Below are positions 24,061 to 33,705 of a stretch of 64,000 nucleotides of DNA, piece by piece (position 1 is the first letter of the stretch; each line of letters starts with the position of its first letter). The DNA is taken from contig CM059432.1 of NCBI GenBank assembly GCA_030390025.1, positions 67,520,001 through 67,584,000 on the forward strand. The letters run 5' to 3'. Below the pieces are notes generated by a model. The model saw nothing but the letters and a program-made list of their open reading frames with translations. It did not search any database and had not been told where the DNA came from. The translations under genes and the position numbers were made by a program. This DNA is from Squalus acanthias. Taxonomy: Eukaryota.

Positions 24061-24296
24061 TGGCACAATCTATTGCAGCCACACATCGTGGCATTGCCTT
24101 CGCTACTGGATCCCTCTTTAACTAACCGTTGAATCGGCTCTGCTTTCCCTGCAAAGTCTGATATAAAATTCCTGTCTATCCCTGACAGTAAAGGCGAATT
24201 TCCCTTGTGATTCCTCTGCCAATGGTATGGACCAGAACCCGTTCTGTATCCAAGACTGTAAATATTTTAAAGTCTGGTTTCAGACCATTAAATATC
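24061..24296 (-). pseudogene. pol: Reverse transcriptase/tether remnants with internal deletions
   Basis: 'KIFTVLD-QNGFWSIPLAEESQGKFAFTV' (frameshifted), then 'RNFISDFAGKAEPIQRLVK', then 'DPVAKAMPRCVAAIDCA'; YxDD region absent. Confidence 0.85.
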
Positions 24297-24783
24297 TTAT
24301 TCAATGCGGTCTACACAAATTTACACCAACCAGAATTTCACCGTGCACAATAAAAGTCTGGTTTTAATAGGTTAATTAACCTCAATAACTCCAATTCAAT
24401 CTAGATCAATTTTTTCTTTTAAACTAACCAGTATCACTTGAAAAAGAAAAAAAAACACACTAACAAAGAAACAATTACTCATGCCTTGTAAACATTCAAA
24501 TTCATTTTCTTCCAGGCACATTGGCAACTGTGACTTCAAGGCTGAAGCTTATCTTTTGTAAAACAATTAACAAACTTAAAACAACACACTTGTCCGTCAT
24601 TCAAAACAAGTCTTCAAAGGGTTAAACAGCTTTTAGCTCTCTGTACAAAAGAGTGAGTGGAGCTAAAACAAAAATGACAGACACCTTTTTAAAGACAGAC
24701 TTTCAGACAAAAGAAATACTGCAACTCCTTAAACATTCACAGTCAGGAAAACTTTCACTCAAACTTAGATCTCAGCATTCCTT

Positions 24784-25077
24784 TTAAGATTCCTTTACCC
24801 TAGATTCTAATTTCTTAATTTTGTCCTTGTCTTCGTTCCACTTTTTAGTGGAAGCGGCTACTTGTCCCATTAGTCCAGCTAATTGATGTACTAATAATAC
24901 CCCTGCCTTTTTTGTTTTGTCTTTCTTTTCCCCATCTACCCACTTTCTCTGTTGTTCTAAGGTCTGGGAAACATCCCAGCCATCCTTTTGCATCTTCTTA
25001 ATCAACGAGCGTCTGTCTGTCATATATTTATCAATAAGGGAACCCGCAGGTCCCCACTTAGTTTCCCCATCTGTCAT
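24784..25077 (-). CDS. First ERV ORF (97 aa, lysine-rich, coiled-coil-like C-terminus; probably truncated gag N-terminus or a leader ORF)
   Basis: ATG-initiated ORF ~580 nt after the PBS, in the gag position; no recognisable capsid or zinc-knuckle motif. Confidence 0.5.
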   Translation of the reverse strand: MTDGETKWGPAGSLIDKYMTDRRSLIKKMQKDGWDVSQTLEQQRKWVDGEKKDKTKKAGVLLVHQLAGLMGQVAASTKKWNEDKDKIKKLESRVKES

Positions 25078-25150
25078 CTTGCAGGCTTTTAAGCCCCCTC
25101 TCTTGCAGGCTTTTAAGTACCCCTCTCTTGCAGGCTTTTAAGCCCCCTCA
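25078..25150. repeat. Three ~24-bp tandem repeats in ERV leader
   Basis: CTTGCAGGCTTTTAAG(CCCC/TACC)CTCT x3 directly upstream of the first ATG. Confidence 0.8.
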
Positions 25151-25652
25151 TTGGGGTTTCTGTTTATACTCACGGCCACGATTACCGAGCAACGTGTTTC
25201 CTCCACCGGAGTCCGGCTCTAGGTCAGGGTGATCAGCTCCTTACCACACCGCTTAAAACTACAGACAGTACACACTTGCGAATTCTTATACTTTATGTAC
25301 CTCTGCGTTTGTTCGCCACTACAGAGTTTGATGCCGAATGGTCCTTACTACTTGTGCTTCACCATCCTAAGTGCCTTGGTGCCTCTACGCCCACTTTATG
25401 GTCCTGACCATCGCGTGGGGGATTTCCCCTCTTAACAACCGGTCTAAGGCTGCGCGTTTGAGACAGGCACTTCCTTGTCCTTAGTCGATCAGCACAAGCA
25501 ATCAATTCCCGTTTCTATCCGATAGTCCCATAAATTCCCCTAATTTTTACCCGTTTTTAACTGCATTGTTGGCTCAGTCTGACTCCCACAGTTCAATAAT
25601 CTCTACTCCAGTTCGCCGATCGAGGCCAACCGATCAACTCACCAGCAGTGAG

Positions 25653-25670
25653 ATCCTGTTCGTGACGCCA
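25653..25670 (-). promoter_or_regulatory. Primer binding site, tRNA-Ser(CGA)-like
   Basis: TGGCGTCACGAACAGGAT on the - strand 3 nt after the 5' LTR; the + strand ATCCTGTTCGTGACGCCA matches, from memory, the 3' end of vertebrate tRNA-Ser(CGA). Confidence 0.75.
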
Positions 25671-25673
25671 ATT

Positions 25674-26059
25674 TGTTGTGGGAAATCACCACTCGGAGTC
25701 AGACTTAAAGATTCAACATGCAGTTTATTGAACAAAGCTTTGGGAGAAGTAGTGCACACAGTCACTCCTTCTCAATTTTAAAATGGCTGTTGTGCTTCTT
25801 TTTATACATTCCACAAGCACAGCAGTCTTACATTCCTTTAAGAACAACCGTTATCTGGACCTTGGTGGTCTGGCTTTTGTCTATTCTGTAGTTTCATACA
25901 ATAACAGGTTGTAGCTCAAGGTTAGTTCGTTGTGGAATGTCTATGCCTAAGTCAGCACATTTTAATGTCTTTCCACAGAGTCCATTTTGTTTCACAGAGT
26001 CCATTTTGTTTCACAGAGTCCATTTTGTTCCAGGTAACCATCTCACTTTTACTCCAACA
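25674..26059 (-). repeat. ERV 5' LTR (386 bp)
   Basis: Identical by eye to 19998-20435 except one extra G and a 53-bp deletion at 25829/25830. Confidence 0.97.
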
Positions 26060-28361
26060 AGTAGTGAGAAAGGATCTTGGCTCGGAAGATCGGGAAGTAG
26101 AATCAGTATGGGTGGAGATAAGAAATAACAACGGACAGAAAACAGTGGTGAGAGTAACTTATAGGCCCCCAAATAGTTGCTATATTGTTGGACAGAGTAT
26201 TAATCAACAAATAATAGGAGCTTGTAACAAAGGTAATACAATAATTATGCGGCACTTTAATCTTCATATAGACTCGGCAAATCAAATTGGCAAAGGTAGT
26301 CTGGAGGATTAGTTCATGGAATGCATTTGAGACAGTTTCCTAGAACAATACGTTATGGAACCAACCAGGGAACAGGCTATTTTAGATCTTGTATTGTGTA
26401 ATGAGACAGGGTTAATGAGTAATCTCATAGTAAAGGATCCTCTGGGGAAGAGTGATCATAATATGATAGCATTTCACTACTGTTTGAGAGTGAAATACTT
26501 AAGTACGAAACAAGAGTCTTAAACTTAAATAAAGGTATGAGGGGCAAGTTGGCTAAATTAGATTAAAAGGTATGATGGTAGAAAAGCCGTGGCAAACATT
26601 TTAAACAAATATTCCAAAATTCTCAACGAATACACATTTCATTGAGAAATAAAAACTCCACGGGAAAAGTGATCCATCTGTGGCTAACTAAAGAAGTTCA
26701 GGATAGTATTAGATTAAAAGAAGAGGCTTATAATGTTGCCAAGAAGAGTAGTAAGCCTGAGGATTGGGAGTGCTTTGGAAACCAGCAAAGGATGACCAAA
26801 AAATTGATTAAAAGGGAGAAAATAGAATATGAGAGCAAATTAGAAAGAAATATGAAAATAGATTTCAAGAGCTTCTACAAGTATGTAAAAAGGAAGAGAA
26901 TAGCAAAAGTAAGGGTTGGTCCCTTAGAGGCTGAGACAAGAGAAATTATAATGGAGAATAAGGAAATGATAGAAACTTTAAACAAATATTTTGTTTCTGT
27001 CTTCACAGGAGAAGACACAAAAAGCATACCAAAAATAATGGGGAACCAAGGGGCTAATAAGAGTGAGGAACTTAAAGTAATTAATATTATAAGAGAAAAA
27101 GTACTTGAGAAACTAATGGGACTAAAGTTGACAAATTCCCTGGAACTGATGGCCTACATACTAGGGTTCTAAAATAAGTGGCTGCAGAGATAGTGGATGT
27201 ATAGGTTGTGATCTTCCAAAATTCCCTAGATCCTAGAACGGTCTCAGTGGATTGGAAGGTAGCAACTGTAACCCTGCTATTCAAGAAAGGAGGGAGAGAG
27301 AAAACAGGGAAATACAGGCTTGTTAACCTAATATCAGTCATTGGGAAAATGATGGAATCCATCATTAAGGAAGTGGTAACAGGGCACTTAGAAAATCATA
27401 ATATGATTAGGCAGAGTCAAGATGGTTTTATAAAAGGGAAATTGTGTTTAACAAATTTTTTGAGGATGTAGCTAACAGGGTAGATAAAGGGGAATGAGTG
27501 GATGTAGTATATTTGGATTTACAAAAGGCATTCGATATGGTGTCATATAGAAGGATGCTATGCAAGATAAGGGCTCATGGGGTTGGGGGTACTATATTAG
27601 CATGGATAGAAAATTGGTTAATGGACAGAAAACAGAGAGTAGGGATAAACGGGGCATTATCAGGTTGGCAGGCTGTAACTAGTGAGGTGTCTTAAGGATC
27701 AGTGCTTGGGCTTCAGTTTTATTAATGACTTAGATAAAGGGACCAAGTGCAATGTATTCAAGTTTGCTGACAATACAAAGCTAGGTGGGAAAATAAGCTG
27801 CGAGGAGGACACAAAGACCTTGCAAAGGGAAAGAGAAAGGTTAAGTGAGTGGGCAATAAGGTGGCAGATGGAGTATAATGTGAGGAAATGTGAGGTTATT
27901 CATTTTGGCAGGAAGAATAGAAAAACAGAATATTTTTAAAATATTCTGAAACTATTAAATGTTGGTGTTCAGAGAGATTTAGGTGTCCTTGTATGGGAAA
28001 CACAGAAAATTAGTATGCAGGTAGAGCAAGCAAATAGGAAGGCAAATGGCATGTTGGCCTTTATTGCAAAGGGGTTGGAGTACAAGAGTAAGGAAGTCTT
28101 ATTACAATTGTACAGGGCTTTGGTGAGGCCACACCTGGAGTACTGTGCACAGTTTTGGTCTCCTTCTCTGAGGAAGGGCATACTTGCCTTAGAGGCAGTG
28201 CAACAAGGTTCACTAGATTGATACCTGGGATGAGAGAATTGTCCTATGAGGGGAGATTGTGTAAATTGGGCCTATACTCTCTGGAGTTTAGAAGAATGAG
28301 AGGTAATCTCATTGAAACATATAAGATTCTGAGGGGATTGACAGGGTAAATGCTGAGAGGC

Positions 28362-28590
28362 ATTTACCACTCCATCCTTCTCCAATGCCTCTCCACCACC
28401 ATCCAGCTGGGTGGGACTGCACTCGCCTGGTTCCATTCTTATCTTTCTAATCGTAGCCAGAAAATCACCTGCAATGGCTTCTCTTCCCACTCCCGCATCG
28501 TTACCTCTGGGGTCCCCCAAGGATCTATCCTTGGCCCACTCTTATTTCTCATCTATATGTTGCCCCTTGGTGACATCATCCGGATACACG
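28362..28590 (+). mobile_element. L2 RT fragment
   Basis: '[56 protein letters not shown]'. Confidence 0.85.
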
Positions 28591-28599
28591 GCATTTACC

Positions 28600-29045
28600 A
28601 GTCTGTTTTTTTGAAGTTCCATCGTGGTTCCGGTGTTGATGTAATAACAGGAATTTCGATGCCAATGTTGATGATTGAGGGCCTGTGTTGACTGTTGGGG
28701 ATATTGTCAAGAATGGTTCTGGAGACAATGATTGGGTTTCATTTGCTGTCTTTAGAGAGGAACCATAGGTCTGGGTTATATTCTCTCTGCCACCTTGACG
28801 ATTGAAACGTGCCTCGATCTTTGGCATCAAAAAGGAGGAATTTTTTCTCTAGTGAAGCCCACTGTACAATTGCTTCTCCATTATAGTTGACATCTGCATA
28901 GCCCCACATTGTGTGGTGGCAATTAAAGTCTCCGAGATGATGGATGGATGTTGACTGGGGGGGAGCGGTAGGTCGGGCCACTCTACGAGTGATGGTTTGT
29001 AGACATTGGAGATTGTTAGCTCTCCTACGCGTATTGCTGTAGTGA
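28600..29045 (-). mobile_element. I-group (Ingi/Vingi-like) LINE endonuclease fragment
   Basis: 'VYKPS..GDFNCHHTMWGYADVNYNGEAIVQWA..LLFDAKDRGTFQSSRWQREYNPDLWFLS'. Confidence 0.6.
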
Positions 29046-29266
29046 AATCCAGAGGCCTGGACTAATGATCCAGAAACGTGAGTTCAAATCCCACCAAGAC
29101 AGCTGGGGAATTTAAATTCAGATAATTAAATAAATCTGGAATAAAAAGCTAGTATCAGTAACGGTGACCATGAAACTATCGGATTGTCATAAAAACCCAT
29201 TTGGTTCACTAATGTCCTTTAGGGAAGGAAATCTGCCGTCCTTACCTGGTCTGGCTTATATATGAC

Positions 29267-30501
29267 GACAAGGCACAAGTAAGGAGTGTGATGGAATACT
29301 CTCCACTTGCCTGGATGAGTGCAGCTCCAACAACACTCAATAAGCTCGACACCATCCAAGACAAAACAACCCACTTGATTGGCACCCCATCCACCACCTT
29401 AAACATTCAGGGGGAAAAATTGAGTATCGCCCCATTAGCGTCCCCGCGCCGGAACTTGAGTGGTTGCGCCCCAAGAGGGAAGCGGGGCGCTACTGGAAGC
29501 ACCCCGCATCCCTCTTGGGGCGCTGCGAGGGAATATCCTGGCGCTACGTGCCGCGGTACTGCAGGCCTTCCTCCCCTTCTTAAAGGGGAGGGGCCCTGCG
29601 CAGCGTGAACCGGGGCCCAGCTGGGCCCCCAGGGATCGGGAGTGCCAGCAAAAGAGCCCAGCACTCAAGAGATGTGCCGGGCTCTTGGAGCGCAGCCGGC
29701 ACTTCATGGTGGGGGGGCTTCACGGGGGCCGGGGACAGCAACGGGGGCAGGTGCTGGCAGGCGGCCAGCAACAAAAATGGCCGCCTGCCACCTCCCCTTT
29801 AAATATCGCCACCCCGGCCGCACGTACGCCCCCTGAACCCGTCGGACATAGCGTCTGGCGGTAAGTCAGGGGGCGCTACCGAAGATCGCGGCTGGAGCGC
29901 GAGCGGGGTGCTGCGCACGGTGATGATGTCATCACCGGCGGCGCAGCGCCACAGGGCGCTACCGGCTGGCGCCACCGCTAACCTCCCGCTGAATTTTGCG
30001 GGAGGTGTGGGCGGCGCTGCGCCCGGGCGTTAGCTGCTTTGCGCCCCATTAGCGCCCTCTTAAGGCGCTAACGGGAGGCGCAAGCAGCTGAATTTTTAGC
30101 CCTCTCTCTCTCCACCACCGGCGTACCGTGGCTTCCGTGTGTACCATCTACAAGATGCATTGCAGCAACTCGCCAAGACTTCCTCGGCAGCACCTCCCAA
30201 ACCCGCAACCTCTTCCACCTAGAAGGACAAGGGCAGCAGGCGCATGGGAACACCACAGCCTCCAAGTACCCCTCCAAGTCACACACCATCCTGACTTAGC
30301 AGTATATCGCCGATCCTTCATCGTCGCTGGGTCAAAATCCTGGAACTCCCTACCTAACAGCACTGTGGGAGTACCATCACCACACGGACTGCAGCGGTTC
30401 AAGAAGGCGGCTCACCACCACCTTCTCAAGGGCAATTAGGGATGGGCAATAAATACTAGCCTTGCCAGCGATGCCCAGATCCCATAAGCGAAAAAAAAAA
30501 A
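29267..30501 (+). mobile_element. LINE family B 3' fragment with A tail, inserted in the head of another family B copy; itself carries a MITE
   Basis: 'MEYSPLAWMSAAPTTL..', family B 3' tail and A-run at ~30491-30501. Confidence 0.85.
29410..30102 (+). mobile_element. GC-rich Harbinger-type MITE (family M)
   Basis: GGGGGAAAAATT...AATTTTTAGCCC; imperfect TSD TCA/TCT; strong similarity to 10619-11347. Confidence 0.82.
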
Positions 30502-33500
30502 TTCCAGACCCACAGCAATGTGGTTGACTCTTAACTGCCCTCTGAAATGGCTTAGCAAGCCACTCAGTTTTACAGAACCGCTACGAAAAACAATAATAAG
30601 AATAAAATCGGACGTTTCACCCGGCATCGACCTCGGCACCGGCTTCAGACACGACACCTGCACATCCAGCACAGTCAACCCTGCAAAGTCCTCCTCCCTA
30701 ACATCTGGGGACTGGTGCCAAAATTGGGAGAGCTTCCCACAGACTAGTCAAGCAACAGCCTGACATAGTTATACTCACAGAATCAGACCTTTCAGCCAAT
30801 GTCCCAGACTCCTCCATCACCATCCCTGGGTTTGTCCCGTCCCACCGGCAGGACAGACCCACCAGAGGAGGCGGCACAGTGGTATACAGTTGGGAAGGAG
30901 TGGCCCTGGGAGTCCTCAACATTGACTCCAGACCTCATGAATTCTCATGACTTCAGGTCAAACATGGGCAAGGAAACCTCCTGCTGATTACCATCTACCG
31001 CCTTCCCTCAGCTGGTGAATCAGTACTCCTCTATGTTGAACACCATTGGAAGAAGCACCAAGGGTAACAAGGGCACAGAATGTACTCTGTGGGGAGACTT
31101 CAAAGTCCATCAGCAAGAGTAGCTCAGTATCACTACTACTGACCGAGCTGGCCAAGTCCTGAAGGACATAGCTGCCAGACTGGGCCTGTGGCAGGTGGTG
31201 AGAGAACCTACGAAGGAAAAACCTACTTGACCTCGTCCTCACCAGTCTACCTGTCGCAGATGCATCTGTCCATGACAGTATTGGTAGCAGTGACCACCGC
31301 ACAGTCCTTGTGGAGATGAAGTCCCGTCTTCACACTGAGGACAACCTCCATAATGTTGTGTGACACTACCACCGTGCTAACTGGGATAGATTCAGAACAG
31401 ATGTAGCAACTCAAAACTGGGCATCCATGAGGCGCTGTGGGCCATCAGTAGGAGCAGAATTGTATTCCACCACAATCTGTAACCTCATGGCCCAGCATAT
31501 CCCTCACTCTACCTTTACTATCAAGCCAGGGGACCAACCCTGGTTCAATAAAGAGTGTAGAAGAGCATGCCAGGAGCAGCACCAGGCATACCATAAAACG
31601 AGGTGCCAACCTGGGGATACTGCAACACAGGACTAGCAGCATGCTATAGACAGAGCTAAGCGAGCCCACAACCAACGGATCAGGTCAAAGCTCTGTAGTC
31701 CTGCCACATCCAGTTGTGAATGGTGGTGGACAATTAAACAACTAACGGGAGGAGAAGGCTGCATGAACATCCTTATCCTCAATGATGGTGGAGCCCAGCC
31801 TGCGAGTGCAAAAGACAAGGCTGAAGCATTTGCAACCATCTTCAGCCAGAAGTGCCGAGTGGATGATTCATATCGGCCTCCTCCTGAGGTCCCCACCACC
31901 ACAGAAGCCAGTCTTCAGCCAATTCAATTCATTCCATGTGATATCAAGAAACGGCTGAGTGCACTGGATACAGCAAAGGCTATGGGCCCTGACAAAATCC
32001 CGGCTGTCGTGCTGAAGACTTGTGCTCCAGAATGAGCCGCACCTGTGGCCAAGCTGTTCCAGTACAGCTACAACACTGGCATCTATCCGACAATGTGGAA
32101 AACTACCCAGGTATGTCCTGTCCACAAAAAGCAGGACAAATCAAATCCGGTCAATTACTGCACCATCAGTCTACTCTCAATCATCAGCAAAGTGATGGAA
32201 GGTGCCGTCGACAGTGCTATCAAGCGACACTTACTCACCAATAACCTGCTCACTGATGCCCAGTTTGGGTTCCGCAAGGACCACTCGGCTCCAGACCTCA
32301 TTACAGTCTTGGTCCAAACATGGACAAAAGAGCTGAATTCCAGAGGTGAGGTGAGAGCGACTGCCCTTGACATCAAGGCAGCATTTGACCTGAGTGTGGC
32401 ATCAAGGAGCCCTAGTAAAATTGAAGTCAATGGGAATCAGGGGAAATCTCTCCACTGGCTGGAGTCATACCTAGCACAAAGGAAGATGGTTGTGGTTGCT
32501 GGAGGCCAATCATCACAGCCCCAGGACATCGCTGCAGGAGTTCCTCAGGACAGTGTCCTAGGCCCAACCATCTTCAGCTGCTTCATCAATGACCTTCCCT
32601 CATCATAAGGTCAGAAGTGGGGATGTTCACTGATGATTGCACAGTGTTCAGTTCAATTTGCAACTCCTCAGATAATGAAGCAGTCCATGTCCGTATGCAG
32701 CAAGACCTGGATGACATTCAGGCTTGGGCTGATAAGTGGAAGGTAACATTCGCGCCATACAAGTGCTAGGCAATGACTAGCTCCAACAAGCGAGAATCTA
32801 ACCACCACCCCTTGATGTTCAACGGCATTACCATCGCTGAATCCCCCACCATCAACATCCTGGGGGGTCACCATTGACCAGAAACTTAACTGGACTAGCC
32901 ACATAAATACTGTGGCTACAAGAATAGGTTATGCAAGCAAATATGGCAAGCATTTTGCATATCGCAAGATTCCACACGCAGGAATGAGAAGAATGACCAG
33001 TTAAGCTGCTTTTGTTGTTGCTGGTCATACTCACTGTTATATTTCATGCTGACAATCTGTGTTTTCAGAGCAATGTCCACTTGTCCATGTTTGCAGATGA
33101 AAATCAAAGCCAAATCTATCTCCTTCCTTCTATTTCTGGTATAGGAGATTGAACACATCGTATATGGGAATTCTTGTGATATCATGAATTCCAGAGCATG
33201 CAATATATAATCCTCTGGATAATCAGAAGGTAGAAGTTGGGAGCAGGAGTGAGGAAGGGGGACTATGGGAGTGGAGCTAAGGAGAAAGAGCTGGGTGTCG
33301 GCGGTTTTAATGATTCAAATCATGTTCATGTAAATGTTTTTTTCCTTTGCTGTAGAATACTGCGCATCTGATTGGAATTTTAATTTGATTGTTGTCAATT
33401 TGTTCCAGTTTTAGCTATCCCTCATACCTGGTGTTGCGCGGATGCGAATGGCATGAAATATGTTATATGACATTTTCCCCTCATTTGCATGGCATCACAA

Positions 33501-33597
33501 TACACCTGCACGTTTCTGCATGGGCGTATTAGACACAGGTCCCCAAATACATAGGAAACTCAGGGCCAAGATCTTTCCTTGGGTTCTAAAACATCAT

Positions 33598-33705
33598 GGG
33601 GGAAAAATTTGGTTGCTTTGCGTTTCCCGTTAGCGGCCCGAGGCACAAAGCAACTAGCGCCCGGGGGGGCGCCGCTAACGCCTCCTGTGAAATTCAGCGA
33701 CACCG
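33598..33705 (-). mobile_element. Single end of family M MITE
   Basis: GGGGGAAAAATTTGGTTGCTTTGCG.. is the reverse complement of the 11347 end. Confidence 0.7.

Larger units (their letters stand above)
19998..26059 (-). mobile_element. Endogenous retrovirus provirus, internally deleted, non-autonomous (6062 bp)
   Basis: Paired LTRs with TG..CA termini, 5-bp TSD AGTAG (19993-19997, 26060-26064), PBS, PPT, RT/IN/env remnants on the - strand. Confidence 0.97.
19962..28360 (+). mobile_element. 5'-truncated CR1 ORF2 (EN-RT) hosting the ERV insertion
   Basis: Removing the ERV and one AGTAG restores 'LLIKDDVRTVVRKDLGSEDREVESVWVEIRN..TYRPPNS'; RT motifs 'DVVYLDLQKAFD', 'KFADNTKLGG'; multiple stops. 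Confidence 0.9.
29046..32925 (+). mobile_element. Long LINE family B copy with tRNA-SINE-like 5' head (29046-29266 + 30503-30570), then EN-RT from ~30680; interrupted by 29267-30501
   Basis: B-box-like GAGTTCAAATCCC (~29080-29092); head reads ..CTGGCTTATATATGAC|TCCAGACCCACAGC across the insertion; EN start 'KVLLPNIWGLVPKLGE..QQPDIVILTES'; RT 'GVPQDSVLGPTIFSCFINDLP'. Confidence 0.75.

Noticed and set aside
25653..25670. tRNA gene
   Set aside because: Only 18 nt ending in CCA next to an LTR: a primer binding site
32916..33203. Possible host exon on the - strand (GTGAGT donor near 33030)
   Set aside because: No recognisable protein similarity and no partner exons; cannot be supported
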